This document shows positions 36,273 through 47,833 of a stretch of DNA of 64,000 nt, piece after piece. How positions within the stretch are numbered: the stretch's first letter is position 1; each line of letters begins with the position of its first letter. The notes below the pieces were generated by a model. That model ran no database searches and was not told where the DNA came from. It saw nothing but the letters and a program-made list of their open reading frames with translations. The position numbers and the translations under genes are program-made. Source of the stretch: a virus (taxonomy: Duplodnaviria > Caudoviricetes); the IMG/VR virus record IMGVR_UViG_3300014205_000224, positions 3,162 to 67,161 of that record; one strand, written 5' to 3'.

Positions 36273-37208
36273 ATGGCAGAGAACAACTATTACACATCAA
36301 CTGGAAATCCCATGGAAAGCTATTCGAATGACTTCCGACAGGGGTACAACCCCATAGCCGGGGGGAACTTCCAGGAAGAAAACAGTCTCGGGAGAAGTTC
36401 GCAGGGGGGCAATTATACCGCACCGCCTGAATCCGCCCCGTACTATCAGAAAAGTCTCGATCTCTGGTCCAACGCCAATGCGCTGAATGACGCCAATCGT
36501 AACAATGCGTTGCTCCAGGCAAAGCAGATGTATGACATGGCATTGCAGAACGAATGGAATAAGTACGGAACAGGAACCAGTCAGGAGTCCATTATCGAAT
36601 GGAACAAGCGGCTTACCGGACAGCGAGGAAGCAATATCCAGAGTTCCAACAGTGGTGTATCCTATCAGAATCAGGCAGACCGCAAAGCAGCCGCCAAGAC
36701 AGGCGGGGCAATAGCAGCCGGCCCTTCTAATGCAACAGGGTACAATTCATCCATCATGAGCAACGTTGCTATCCCAGATGCTCCGGTAATCACCATGCCG
36801 GCACTAGATGAAGCCACGATCCGCAAGTACACGACACTGTTCTCAAATCCTGGCGTTGCTGAAGCCAGGCGAACTGGAAGTCAAATGATGGCTTCATATT
36901 CTGGTTCCCCCAACGCAATCCGCAAGTACCTGGCTGCTCCTGCTGTTGCCAATGCTATATCTGGCACCATCTCCAATGCAGTCAAGCAGGCTATGGCCGC
37001 AGCGTTGAACGTGGCCCAGGGTCAGCAACAGCTCAACTACAACACCCAGCTTGCCAACGCCAACCTCATTGCCCAGCGGAACAAGACCATTGCCGATCTC
37101 GTCGCCAAGGGTTACAGTGTGAATGGCTATGGCCAGGAAGGAATTCCCTCTGGAGTCAACACAGCAGAAGCAACCGTCTCTCCGTACTACAGCACCATGT
37201 ACGGTTAA
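36273..37208 (+). CDS. Putative internal virion / DNA ejection protein
   Basis: Asn/Gln/Ala/Gly-rich helical protein upstream of the giant virion protein. Confidence 0.55.
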   Translation: MAENNYYTSTGNPMESYSNDFRQGYNPIAGGNFQEENSLGRSSQGGNYTAPPESAPYYQKSLDLWSNANALNDANRNNALLQAKQMYDMALQNEWNKYGTGTSQESIIEWNKRLTGQRGSNIQSSNSGVSYQNQADRKAAAKTGGAIAAGPSNATGYNSSIMSNVAIPDAPVITMPALDEATIRKYTTLFSNPGVAEARRTGSQMMASYSGSPNAIRKYLAAPAVANAISGTISNAVKQAMAAALNVAQGQQQLNYNTQLANANLIAQRNKTIADLVAKGYSVNGYGQEGIPSGVNTAEATVSPYYSTMYG

Positions 37209-37217
37209 GGAGGAGTT

Positions 37218-38609
37218 ATGGCAAATGAAGTAGCCAAAGCAGCCCGAAATATCTCGGAATCCCAAAGAGCAATCAGTAAGGTTCCATATAGCACACCTTT
37301 GCCCAAGATATCAACACCCCTGCGCGAGGCAATGTACCAGCTCCGTGCTCACAAGTTGAAGAACAGTGAGATCACTAGGGATTTTTTATACGGCATCAAG
37401 TCACGCTATGGCAATGTCCTAGATAACCCGAACTATGTGGCTGACGAGATAAATAACTTTATCGAACAATATCGTGATAGATTGTCTGCACTTACCCCTG
37501 CCCAGGTAGCTGCATATATCGACAATGTCCGCAAGCAAGCCATCAACCATGTGGCTTCCATCAAAGGCATGGCAGACAACGAGATCAAGCAGTTTGAACT
37601 TCAGATGAAACAACGTGAGGACCAGGCAAAAGGATTAGAGGCCAAGGCTGTGAAATACCGCGATGAGTGGGAAAAGGCGCAGAATGAAGCCCAAAAGGAA
37701 ATGGAGAAGGCGTACCAACGGCTTCCCAAGGATACAGCCCTGATGGATGCCAGTGAGAGTTCCCCTCGCAAGGACCCTGTATCAGGCAAGACGATCTCAT
37801 ACGAAGACTACATGTCACAGAACAAGGACAAGTTCCTTCGCTATGCCAGGGATTACTTGCTCCGTGCTGGTGTTCCTGATGCTGAACCTGGTTACAAGGA
37901 ACGCATCGAGAATGAAGAATTCCTACGCGATGTGGATAATGCCAAGAAATGGATGTACGCCAATCCCACAGCTTCCATCTCTCAGTTCTATCGTGACATG
38001 ATAGCAGCTGGAAAAGAAAAGGGATATGGCAATCCCCGTGCATATGCGGACAACATCATCAGCGAGATCGGGAAGACAACTCCCAAGATTGCAGCTGAGG
38101 GTACAGGCAAGTCCATGGATATTGATACGCCACTCTTCCGGTTCTTTGAACCCGAGGATCTCAAGAACGTATCCACCATGGACCGTGATGCAATCGAACA
38201 GGGACGAACCCCTTGGCATGATGCAGCGAGAATAGCTGGACAGGTCGCCCGTCTCAAGGGTGAGATGCCTACCAGGGAACCCGGATTTCCCATTGGAACC
38301 ACTGAGAATCAAGCCCTTGCTACCGGTGCGCCTGAACAGGAAAGTCCTACCATGTTCTCCAGGCTTGCTGATTCATTCGATTGGGCACGCCAGAACTTAA
38401 CAATCAGACCTCCAGGAGGTACAGAAGAAATATACAGTCCGTCGGCCATACCGGCCAATCCCATTGGGAACACGGCTCCCCCGATTGAGTCAGTACCGAT
38501 GCAGAACGCAGCCAGCCAGGCATATCAAGGCATGGGCGATGCATCCATACCGGCCATACCGGAAACGCCGAATTATAATACGTCCGACCTTTCACAATAC
38601 TTGCAGTAA
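37218..38609 (+). CDS. Putative internal virion / DNA ejection protein
   Basis: Coiled-coil protein in the ejection-module position. Confidence 0.55.
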   Translation: MANEVAKAARNISESQRAISKVPYSTPLPKISTPLREAMYQLRAHKLKNSEITRDFLYGIKSRYGNVLDNPNYVADEINNFIEQYRDRLSALTPAQVAAYIDNVRKQAINHVASIKGMADNEIKQFELQMKQREDQAKGLEAKAVKYRDEWEKAQNEAQKEMEKAYQRLPKDTALMDASESSPRKDPVSGKTISYEDYMSQNKDKFLRYARDYLLRAGVPDAEPGYKERIENEEFLRDVDNAKKWMYANPTASISQFYRDMIAAGKEKGYGNPRAYADNIISEIGKTTPKIAAEGTGKSMDIDTPLFRFFEPEDLKNVSTMDRDAIEQGRTPWHDAARIAGQVARLKGEMPTREPGFPIGTTENQALATGAPEQESPTMFSRLADSFDWARQNLTIRPPGGTEEIYSPSAIPANPIGNTAPPIESVPMQNAASQAYQGMGDASIPAIPETPNYNTSDLSQYLQ

Positions 38610-38620
38610 AGGAGATTCAA

Positions 38621-41600
38621 ATGGACCCTTTTGAAACACCCGCTCAGGCAATACCTGAACAAGATCAGACAGCTGCACCCGACAACCTCGATAATCTCCG
38701 CAATATCTGGGAGAACATCACCCCTGAATCATCCTACAATACAATGATGGAATCCGATGCTCCCGTGTACCGAGAGGATCAGGAACTCATTGATACGCTT
38801 ACCGGGAAGATAGCGACACCGCCTTCTTGGACCAGGGACCAGGCCGCTGAACAGGAGGGCAAGATTCCCCTGATGCCCCGTCAAAAGCACGATTATGAAA
38901 CCGAGAATGTGTTACGTGCACTTCGCAAAGAACATCCTGATGTACCGTTCCAGGAGATGCAAAAGGCTGACCCTGGGTTCCTTGAGAAAGCGGCCAATAC
39001 AGCACGACTCGCAGGGCAGGCACTTACTGAAATCCCTGGTGCTGCATGGGAACAGACCAAGGAAGTCTGGGGCGGGAAACCGAATGTTGTTGAACCGTCT
39101 CCCCGTGAACAGCAAATGCTGAAGGATCGTGTTGCCAAACAGCGGTACCTCGAGTCCATCAAGGACAATGCCGTGCTGTTCGGCCTGGACGCCAAAGACA
39201 TTGCCGAGATGCCCGATCAGATCGCCAGTACAGTTGTTGCCGGTGGCCATGCTCTTGCAGCCGGTGCCGCTGCTCTGTTACTGTCGCCTGACAAGATCGT
39301 CTCTACTCCTATTGCTATTGCATCATCCTTCACCGCTATGTACAAAATGGACAAGAACCAAATCATGCGGGAATACCTGATGCAGAGGAATTATGAACAA
39401 CTGGCCAAGACTGGGAAACCCCTGACTCTGGACCAGCAGGAATACTGGCGCAAACAGTTCGACATTGCGGCGACTCATCATGGTGTATGGGAGGCTCTTG
39501 GTGAAACCCCCGGCGCTGTGTTCGGCGCAATGAAGCTGCTCCCCAAGTTCCAGAAAGTCATTGGAGGTACAGCCAGCAAGATATCAGCTAAAGAACTGGC
39601 CAAGGATGTGTTGCAGTTCCATGCGTTTGAGGCTGGTGGCGAGGCAATGACCCAGATGGGTCAACAGCAGATTGAATATGCACATGGGCTGACTGAACCC
39701 GGTGAAAAGTACCGTGAATGGTCTGACCCAGCAGCATGGCAAAAGTCCTTTGCTGAGATATACCCTGCCACCGTGATGACTTCCCTGTTCTTTGCTGGAC
39801 TGTCTGCATTGGGCGGAGGAGCTGGAATGTTACTTGCCCCTGTTGCAGGTGGTGGAAAAAGACAGCGTACCAAGGCTGGAATCGACAAGTATTATACTGG
39901 CCGTGAGTATGGTGGCGTATATTCCCCCGAGGAAACAGCCGCTGCCCAGGACCTTGAAGAACGTATGACTGCCCTGCGTGAAGGTGGCGTATCCCCTGAA
40001 GCCAAGAAGTCCGAGGCCGATGCGGAGTATGCTGCTGCGTTGAAGTCTTTATACGGAGACCTCTCCACAACCTATACTGCTGCCGGCGACCCGAACTTCC
40101 TTGACCGCCAGATTACGTTCATGGCTGATCACGGAATGCTCAAGAAGTCTGAAGCCAAGAAGATGATTGCTGATTTCCGTAAGGAGAACACACCCGACCA
40201 GCAGCAGAAGATGGACATGTACACTGAACCCGACGCGGAAATCCTTGACTTGCTCCGTGGAAAGACACCTCCTCAGCAGGTTGCAGCGCTGGAACAGTTC
40301 ATTGCGCAGACATTGCCGGACAGACTGAAGGGATTGACTGGCAAAGAACTAGAAGCCGCACAGAAGCAAGCCACAATTGAACATGCCAAGGCTCAGAAGG
40401 CCCTGTCCAAGTTACGATCAGCTGGTGAACCTGCCGGTATTATGTCCTACTCCCCGACCATTGATGCTGTAACCGGCCAGCAAATCCGCACAGAGAATCC
40501 TGTTGTTGAAGCCTATGACTCTGCACCCCAGGCCAAATTCCCCGGATTTGGTGGAAATTACCCTGGCGAGAAAGAGATCAAGCCTACAGGTCCACCTACT
40601 ACCAAGGAAACCGAGACCCTGCCTGGACTTACTGGCATGGAGCCGGAAATTCCTGGCCGCCCCTCCCGCATCAGTTCCCAGGACCAAATAGCTCGTGCGA
40701 AGTTCATGGCAGAACTGTACCGTGCCAGGGCATCCCGCAAAGACCGCAAGGCCAAACAGGCCACGACTACAGTAACACCTGAGGACCTGACACGTTGGCA
40801 ACAGTTATCTGCCCGTGGAGAGGAACAGGCACAGAACATCATTGCCAAGCGGGAATACCCTGAACGCACTGTCAACCGTCCTACTATTGAAACGCTCGAG
40901 TCTGGCGATATCCTTGTCAAGGACGGCAAGGAATACATCGTAGAATACGTCAGCAGGGAAGGCGAGTTCGTAATTCTTCGTGACCGAAGTGCCAACGAAC
41001 AGGTTAACAAGTTCTCGGACGATTTCTATGAAGCCAAGAACAAGTTGAAGCCTGCGTCCGAAGCCACGATAGACCACCTGATGGATTTACTCTTACGCAG
41101 ACTGCCTGATGGTACATTCGTTCAGCCGAAGGCAGATACCTCTGCCAAGATAGCGGAACTCATCAATCTGTACATCACCAACAAAAAGAACAAGATTCCC
41201 AAGAAATCCATTGGCAAGGATGTCGTTAAAGTTACAGCTGATTTCATCAACGAGGAACGCCATAACAAACTCTCGGACAAGAAGTCCATGGGTATGGTGG
41301 AGAACCTCAAGCCCTTCCCCGATGAGGTCCAAGCCTCAGCACTAGATTACTACGAGTTCAAGCAGGGCGAGAAAACCCTTGCCCCGTCCATGCCAAAGGG
41401 TGTTCAGACTGGCCCCAAGTGGGAAATCTTTAATATGGAAAAGCTGCTTATGGGCAAGAAGAAAGCCTATGAATCCCCCAAGGAAGTCCTTGATGCCATT
41501 GAGGCAGCTCTGGATCGTGGTGCTGACATCTCCCCTATTATCAATTACTTAGGTGTGGATTTCCAGGGTCGGCTCACCGACATGCTGCATCAGCAGTTCT

Positions 41601-44600
41601 ATCCTGGCACTACCTATACCGAACAATCCCGTGAGGAAAAGCAGCACAGCATCTGGGACAAGATAGACACAGCTACCATTGTCCCGACTACTCCTGGCGT
41701 GTCATCAGGTATCATTCGGTACCTCGCTGGCAAGATCGCGCGCATGCGTGTCGGCATTACCAAGGGCATGTATTCTGGGAACTATGAGACAACTGAATTC
41801 AAAGGCGATGAAATCAAGGACGCCATGGCGGATATGGGAGAGGACTTCAAGAGCAAGAACTTGAATCCCAAGGCCATTGCCGAGATCGTCAACAAGTACA
41901 ACAAGCGAACAAACAAAGTCGCTGGCACCTTCTATACCATGGAGTCCGAACAGATTGATCCTGAGTCCCTGCCTAAGTCCCTGGAAGAATTCATGACTGG
42001 ACTGGGATTCGAGGACCCGAAGTGGATTGCTGAAGTCAAGGCATATATCAACAAAGAACCGGCAGCTGAAACAGGCAAAGCAGCAGGGAAACGTCTGGCT
42101 GCGAAACTAGGTGATGTGTCCGGCATGACTGTGGAAGAACTAGGCCAGGCTATTGAACGTTCACCCCAGAAGACCGAACTGGATGCACAAGACATCTACG
42201 ACCTATGGCATGACTACATGGATGAGAGACGGAATCTTCGCTACTACTACGTTGCCAAGCATGTACCTATAGTCCAGGAAGACACTGTTGAGCCTATGGA
42301 CAGCGATGAGATAAGGAAGGTTCTTGCTGCTGATGAGCAGGTCAAGGCACTGACGGATGCACAGTTCAGTTCTGCCTATAAGGAAGCAGAGAAGATTGCC
42401 AATACTATTACTGAACCGTTCGAGGACAAAGGTATATACGAGGGACACAGGGGCAAGGAGCTGATTGAATTAGCTTTCCGCCATGATGAGAAGGCAACCC
42501 GCCAGCTTATCCAGGACTTCGTGAACTACCTCTTCCAACCTGGTGTATATGAGAAGGACTTCCCGAAGTATATCCTCAAGAATGAAGGCTTCATGGATGT
42601 CGTGGATAGCCTGAGGACCAAAGCAACTGACCCGAATGAATTTACTGCCAAGGGACTGGCTGGTGCGAAGCAAGGCAACTCCCAGAAGGTTATGATCGGG
42701 TACAGGGGACAGAAGGGCATCTGGAGGTTGCTGGTTGACAACCCCGAGTTCAAATTACGCCTTGATAATATCGTATCCGAAGTTACCAAGCAATCCGCTG
42801 AACGAGCCGAGAAGCAGGCCCAGGTTGCCCAGGAAGTTGAAGCAGCCAAAGCCAAGGTCTCCGTCCAGGCACAGCAAGAGAAGGTTGTTGCCAAGGAAAA
42901 GAAGCGCAAGGTTGTTGAATCCAAGCGCGTTGAGACAGTAGCGGCCAAAAAGGAAGTCAGGGCCAAGGCACAGGCGAAGGAAGTTTCCAAGGCGAAACTC
43001 CATGGTTCCATCGTTAAGTTCCTTCAGACTGTAGATACCAAGAACCTCCGTGAGCACTCTGAAACCATTGGCGGCTTCCGTGTTGCCATAGAGAAGAATG
43101 TGGCTGGGGAGCTGTCCACACTTACTGTTGAGGATAGTTCTGGGAATATAGTCTACAAGAACAAGAAGGCCAATCCTCTTGCAATGGAGAAACTGGCTAA
43201 GGAAATGGCAGCGGTTATGAGCTTGCAGGAAGCACCTGCCAAGGTTGCGTCTAAGGAAACCAAACCTGTTGTCCCTGCCAAGTCTTCCAAACCCGGCCTG
43301 ACCATCGAACAGTGGAAAGCCATGTCAGAGAAGGAACGTGAGGCGTATGGCAAGGCTGAGAAGAAGGTAGAACCCGTTACCGAAGAACCCAAAAAGGAGG
43401 TGAAGTCCCATGGCAAAGTGCAAGGGCGGAAAGAAGAAGGGGAAGGGAAAGTAGTTCCCCCAGTTACCAAGGCAGCACCGAACAAGGTAGCCGCACTGAA
43501 TAGGGTCATTGAGTCCCTGTCCAAGCAGATTGATACCCTCAAACAGAAACTGTCTGCCACCAAATCCCAGAAGGAAAAGGACACTATAATCAAACAGATC
43601 GACAATCTGACCAAGGCGAAAGCCCTCAGTCAAGATGAGTTGGAGGACCTTACTGCAACCAAACCTCCTCCTCCTCCTGCGCCCAAGGTTGTGAAGCCGG
43701 CTGCGCCTGCTGCCAAGGTTGCTCCCGAATTCGTCCCTAATGCCTTTGCTCGGAATGCTGCTCCCAACGCTCCATGGAAAGTGGCAAAGTCTGGACTCCA
43801 GGCATCTGGTGCATCTGACTATATGGCAGTTATGACACAGAAGGGAATCCCCGCTAGATTGTCCCGCCAGGGTGATACCTTTACGGTTGAAACGCTGGAC
43901 AAGGAAACCCTCGCCAAACGCTGGACCAACCTCAAGCTAGACAACATCAGCATCCCCGTCCGGCGTGTAGACAAGGCCCTTGAAGCCATCTTTATGAAAC
44001 CCAACGCAGAGTACCGTATTGTTGGAGGGCTGGACCTAGGCAATGGCAAGACTGCCACGCTCTACAAGTCCCAGCGCAACAAAGACATCACCCTCATTCG
44101 CCTCGGCAACCAGTTCTACTGGATGTACGATACCTCGCGAAAGTCCGAACTAGACACCATCCACAAGAAACAGGTCGTCGATCTCAGTTTCCTGCGTTCC
44201 CGCGTGCATCCCTCTGCCAAGGTAGAGACCATCAGCGCCAATGAGTTCCGTGTAACATATCCGAATTACTCGTTCATGGTCAGACTTAACGAAGGCATGC
44301 CCCAGGTCAAAGTGTCCACACCAGAGGGCGATTACATGGCCAGTGAGTTCGGTCATTATGAATACAGAACTGTTACAGGTGCATCTCTCATCAGGCTTGC
44401 CAAACTGGGCCGTGGTGCTGCTGAATCTACCCTGGACCATGAACTCTTCCACATGTTCTCCTATATCTTCCTCACTAGATCCGAGCAGCAGATGCTGTAC
44501 AATTACTACAATGCCCAAGGTATGACATTCGAAGAGACCTGGGAATCTATCTGCGAAGCCTATGCCGATTGGAAGATAGGTCAGTCTGTCATCAATGACA

Positions 44601-47600
44601 ACTTCTTCCTCAAGATGATGCGTGGAATCCGTGACTTCCTGTACAAGAATTTCGGCCTGTTCTCAGATCAATACAACTCCCGCATGACTCCTGAAGGATT
44701 GTTCCGGGCCATTGAATCCGGCAAGATAACAACCCGCGTACCTTTGTTCAATCATCCCAAGAACATGCTAACAGATGAACAACAGAAGCGACTCTGGGGA
44801 CGCGTGCAGCCGATTACCGTAAATGGCAACGTCGTCAATCCTCACGAATACGCACAGTTCTCATTCCGAAACGAGATTCCTGAGACCAGTGCTCGTTCCA
44901 TCTTCACTGCTATCAACGAACCCGGCATGGAGAAGAACTTCCCGTTCACTGCGAAGATCTTCAACAACATCTTCAGTAAAGTACGGCCTGATGCAGCAGC
45001 AGCGGCAGAACTTGACATAACTGACCAGGACGCAAAGTTCCTTGAATACACCGGCAGCCTCCTCCATTGGATGGCCCAGCGTGGTAAGGAATGGGGTATA
45101 GTTAAAGCAATCGAAAAAGCCAGAGAGCAACTGAACAACAAGGTCCAGCATGAGTACTGGCGTGACGCACAGGCTTACAAGGGACTCAAGAAAGAAGTCA
45201 AGGCCAACATCAATGCGGTCCTTATCCAGGGTGACTTCGAGAACAAACGGTTCACTGAAGATGAGCTTCGCAAGGGTATTGCCATTACGCGGCCCTTCCA
45301 TCCCATGCAGGGCCAGCGCATAGTCTTAGATGAAGCCCAGATCAAAGGCTACAACAGCATGCGTGACTACCTCAGCAACATCCTGGAGCGCATGTTCGAC
45401 TTCCAGGAACGGTCTCTCTTCCGGCCTGATCTGTATGAAGCCATCGTTACCCCTTCCGAATTCTCCATGCTGAAGGATTACCACCGTGAGTTGATCACTG
45501 GCGGACACAAGTACGTCATCACTGATACCCACAAGTACGCCAATGAAAAGGAAGGCAACAAGTACAGGCACCTCAAGTTCCGTGCCGCTGTTCGCAAGAT
45601 TGACGAACGCTTCAACGAGGTCCGTGCCAAGCGTGCCGAATTCCTGGGTATGAAGAACAATGAAGGTAAGTATATAAACGCTGGGTATGTCCCTCACTCG
45701 TTCCAACGTGGCAAGTACTTCCTGGCCATCAAGCGAAAGTTCAAAGACGCCAATGGCAAGGACCAAGAAGAATACGTATACAGCTACAACGCTGACAATG
45801 CCAATGAGATACTGGCTGAGAGAAACCGCCTTCAGGCACTCCCCGAGTTCCAGGATACAGCAGAAAGCACATTCGTATTCAAGGCTGATCGTTCCAGTAC
45901 CCCCGAGGAATCGTCCCTGTCCCTCATAGGTGACCTGAACGTCCAGAACATCATCACCATGGCGGTCAAGGACATAGCCTCGGACAATAAACTCCCCGAG
46001 AACATTGCCGATAAGATGATCGACGCCATTGCCGGTGCCACTATTAACATACTCAGAGCCCGTGGAGCTGGCCGGCACCAGATCAAACGTAAGCAAACCG
46101 CCTGGGATGTGTCCCCTCAGATCTCCGGCTTTGAGATGGACAACCTCGAGGATGTCCTGGATTCCTACGTCACCGGCTTCAATGGCATGATGACAAAGTT
46201 CGACGCCAGCATCAAGTACGTGAAATTGCTCAAGGATCTTCCTGACAATAAGCCCAAGCTCAAGGCCCAGATCAGCGAGTTTATGTCCTACCGCATGCGA
46301 AATGCCGACAAATGGGATAAGCATATAGGAAAGGCCCGTGGGTTAGCCTTCCATTACTTCCTGGCTGGGAAAATCTCTTCCGCTGTCATGCAAATGACGC
46401 AGAACTTTGTAACTGGTATCCCCTGGCTCGGAGCGGAAATGCGGAAGTTTGACAAGGACCGCGTATCCCGTGGCCTGCCTCCTGTCTTCAATATGTTCAG
46501 TGCAGAGAAGTACTACACCAAGGCTATGCTCGATATTGCAGCAAACGGACGTTCCGCCATGGCTTCTGATGCCCTGGCCTTCAACCGGAACACCAAGATT
46601 ACCGAAGACGAACGTGCCATGCTGATCCGTAAGATGGAAGACGGTGAATTACTGGCCCAGTTCTCCAAGACAGTCGAGATCCAAGCCAAGGGCGCATGGG
46701 GCAAGACCTTTGCCAAGATCGCGCAGTACACCACCTTCCCCTTCCAGGGTATGGAAACCTTCAACCGCCGGGCCGCAGCGCTAGCCTATTACCGCATGTG
46801 CAAGGATGCCGGCATTACTGACCAGGATCGAGTGGACAAGTTGATTGACAATTACATAGACAGTACACATTACTGGATGGGCAAGGCTAACGAATCCTCC
46901 TTCGCACAGGCACCGACAACTCTAGGCAGGCTCTCAAGACTGGCCCTGACCTTCCGCCGGTTCATGCATAATTACGTCCTGGGTCTCATCCATGCCTATT
47001 CCATGTACGGTACAGCAGGGGGATTGCTATTGACCATGCGTTCCTTCGCATACCTCGCACTCTTCGGCGGATTGTTCGCATTACCGTTCTTAGATGATCT
47101 TACCGCTGGCTTAGAGCAAGTAACTGGCTATCCTGCCCGCATGATGATGCGTAAACGTATCCGCACAGTATTAGGTAACAAGTCAGAACAGTTGGCATTC
47201 GGTGGCCTACCTGCCATATTCGGTGAGTCAGGTCTTCCATTCGCCCAGAACATTAACATCCGTGGAGCAATAACAACTGGCCTGCCGCTTGTCGGAACCG
47301 ACGCAACCCAAGCATTCCTCGGAGTCTACGCTGGCCTGGGCAAGAAAGCAATCGACGCCACGCACTACATCAGCATTGGCGACTACGAGAAGGCAGCTAT
47401 GTCAGCATTACCGACTTCACTTGAAAACGCAATCAAGGCCCATATCCTCAATACGCGGGGGGAAACCACATCCAATGAGATGATAGTGACAGATCCACGG
47501 ACAGGCAAGCCGCTGAAACTCAGTAACATGGAAGCGTTCTATCAGGGATTTGGCTTCAGATCATACGACCATGACAGAATCAAAGCCGATATACGCAGTG

Positions 47601-47833
47601 CTGATGTAACAACTCAATGGGATAGGGCGAAGCGCAACAAACTTGCCAATGAGATTAGATACGCCTCGGAACAGAAGGATACAGAAAAGTTAATTCGGTT
47701 GAGCAAGAAGATGACTGAGTACTACCAGGCGTCAACGGATAGGGGATTGCCTGCAAGACCGATCACAAACATACGTACAGAACAGCAGAGAACCAAAGCA
47801 GAACAGTTGCTCTTAGACCGTTTCTCCCGTTAG
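38621..47833 (+). CDS. Giant (3070 aa) internal virion / large polyvalent-type protein with a zincin HExxH domain
   Basis: Uninterrupted ORF; TLDHELFHMF near aa 1940; hydrophobic segments near both ends. Confidence 0.75.
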   Translation: MDPFETPAQAIPEQDQTAAPDNLDNLRNIWENITPESSYNTMMESDAPVYREDQELIDTLTGKIATPPSWTRDQAAEQEGKIPLMPRQKHDYETENVLRALRKEHPDVPFQEMQKADPGFLEKAANTARLAGQALTEIPGAAWEQTKEVWGGKPNVVEPSPREQQMLKDRVAKQRYLESIKDNAVLFGLDAKDIAEMPDQIASTVVAGGHALAAGAAALLLSPDKIVSTPIAIASSFTAMYKMDKNQIMREYLMQRNYEQLAKTGKPLTLDQQEYWRKQFDIAATHHGVWEALGETPGAVFGAMKLLPKFQKVIGGTASKISAKELAKDVLQFHAFEAGGEAMTQMGQQQIEYAHGLTEPGEKYREWSDPAAWQKSFAEIYPATVMTSLFFAGLSALGGGAGMLLAPVAGGGKRQRTKAGIDKYYTGREYGGVYSPEETAAAQDLEERMTALREGGVSPEAKKSEADAEYAAALKSLYGDLSTTYTAAGDPNFLDRQITFMADHGMLKKSEAKKMIADFRKENTPDQQQKMDMYTEPDAEILDLLRGKTPPQQVAALEQFIAQTLPDRLKGLTGKELEAAQKQATIEHAKAQKALSKLRSAGEPAGIMSYSPTIDAVTGQQIRTENPVVEAYDSAPQAKFPGFGGNYPGEKEIKPTGPPTTKETETLPGLTGMEPEIPGRPSRISSQDQIARAKFMAELYRARASRKDRKAKQATTTVTPEDLTRWQQLSARGEEQAQNIIAKREYPERTVNRPTIETLESGDILVKDGKEYIVEYVSREGEFVILRDRSANEQVNKFSDDFYEAKNKLKPASEATIDHLMDLLLRRLPDGTFVQPKADTSAKIAELINLYITNKKNKIPKKSIGKDVVKVTADFINEERHNKLSDKKSMGMVENLKPFPDEVQASALDYYEFKQGEKTLAPSMPKGVQTGPKWEIFNMEKLLMGKKKAYESPKEVLDAIEAALDRGADISPIINYLGVDFQGRLTDMLHQQFYPGTTYTEQSREEKQHSIWDKIDTATIVPTTPGVSSGIIRYLAGKIARMRVGITKGMYSGNYETTEFKGDEIKDAMADMGEDFKSKNLNPKAIAEIVNKYNKRTNKVAGTFYTMESEQIDPESLPKSLEEFMTGLGFEDPKWIAEVKAYINKEPAAETGKAAGKRLAAKLGDVSGMTVEELGQAIERSPQKTELDAQDIYDLWHDYMDERRNLRYYYVAKHVPIVQEDTVEPMDSDEIRKVLAADEQVKALTDAQFSSAYKEAEKIANTITEPFEDKGIYEGHRGKELIELAFRHDEKATRQLIQDFVNYLFQPGVYEKDFPKYILKNEGFMDVVDSLRTKATDPNEFTAKGLAGAKQGNSQKVMIGYRGQKGIWRLLVDNPEFKLRLDNIVSEVTKQSAERAEKQAQVAQEVEAAKAKVSVQAQQEKVVAKEKKRKVVESKRVETVAAKKEVRAKAQAKEVSKAKLHGSIVKFLQTVDTKNLREHSETIGGFRVAIEKNVAGELSTLTVEDSSGNIVYKNKKANPLAMEKLAKEMAAVMSLQEAPAKVASKETKPVVPAKSSKPGLTIEQWKAMSEKEREAYGKAEKKVEPVTEEPKKEVKSHGKVQGRKEEGEGKVVPPVTKAAPNKVAALNRVIESLSKQIDTLKQKLSATKSQKEKDTIIKQIDNLTKAKALSQDELEDLTATKPPPPPAPKVVKPAAPAAKVAPEFVPNAFARNAAPNAPWKVAKSGLQASGASDYMAVMTQKGIPARLSRQGDTFTVETLDKETLAKRWTNLKLDNISIPVRRVDKALEAIFMKPNAEYRIVGGLDLGNGKTATLYKSQRNKDITLIRLGNQFYWMYDTSRKSELDTIHKKQVVDLSFLRSRVHPSAKVETISANEFRVTYPNYSFMVRLNEGMPQVKVSTPEGDYMASEFGHYEYRTVTGASLIRLAKLGRGAAESTLDHELFHMFSYIFLTRSEQQMLYNYYNAQGMTFEETWESICEAYADWKIGQSVINDNFFLKMMRGIRDFLYKNFGLFSDQYNSRMTPEGLFRAIESGKITTRVPLFNHPKNMLTDEQQKRLWGRVQPITVNGNVVNPHEYAQFSFRNEIPETSARSIFTAINEPGMEKNFPFTAKIFNNIFSKVRPDAAAAAELDITDQDAKFLEYTGSLLHWMAQRGKEWGIVKAIEKAREQLNNKVQHEYWRDAQAYKGLKKEVKANINAVLIQGDFENKRFTEDELRKGIAITRPFHPMQGQRIVLDEAQIKGYNSMRDYLSNILERMFDFQERSLFRPDLYEAIVTPSEFSMLKDYHRELITGGHKYVITDTHKYANEKEGNKYRHLKFRAAVRKIDERFNEVRAKRAEFLGMKNNEGKYINAGYVPHSFQRGKYFLAIKRKFKDANGKDQEEYVYSYNADNANEILAERNRLQALPEFQDTAESTFVFKADRSSTPEESSLSLIGDLNVQNIITMAVKDIASDNKLPENIADKMIDAIAGATINILRARGAGRHQIKRKQTAWDVSPQISGFEMDNLEDVLDSYVTGFNGMMTKFDASIKYVKLLKDLPDNKPKLKAQISEFMSYRMRNADKWDKHIGKARGLAFHYFLAGKISSAVMQMTQNFVTGIPWLGAEMRKFDKDRVSRGLPPVFNMFSAEKYYTKAMLDIAANGRSAMASDALAFNRNTKITEDERAMLIRKMEDGELLAQFSKTVEIQAKGAWGKTFAKIAQYTTFPFQGMETFNRRAAALAYYRMCKDAGITDQDRVDKLIDNYIDSTHYWMGKANESSFAQAPTTLGRLSRLALTFRRFMHNYVLGLIHAYSMYGTAGGLLLTMRSFAYLALFGGLFALPFLDDLTAGLEQVTGYPARMMMRKRIRTVLGNKSEQLAFGGLPAIFGESGLPFAQNINIRGAITTGLPLVGTDATQAFLGVYAGLGKKAIDATHYISIGDYEKAAMSALPTSLENAIKAHILNTRGETTSNEMIVTDPRTGKPLKLSNMEAFYQGFGFRSYDHDRIKADIRSADVTTQWDRAKRNKLANEIRYASEQKDTEKLIRLSKKMTEYYQASTDRGLPARPITNIRTEQQRTKAEQLLLDRFSR

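Noticed and set aside
38621-47833. N4-like virion RNA polymerase
   Set aside because: The size is similar, but I could not find polymerase catalytic motifs by eye. Not formally excluded without a profile search.
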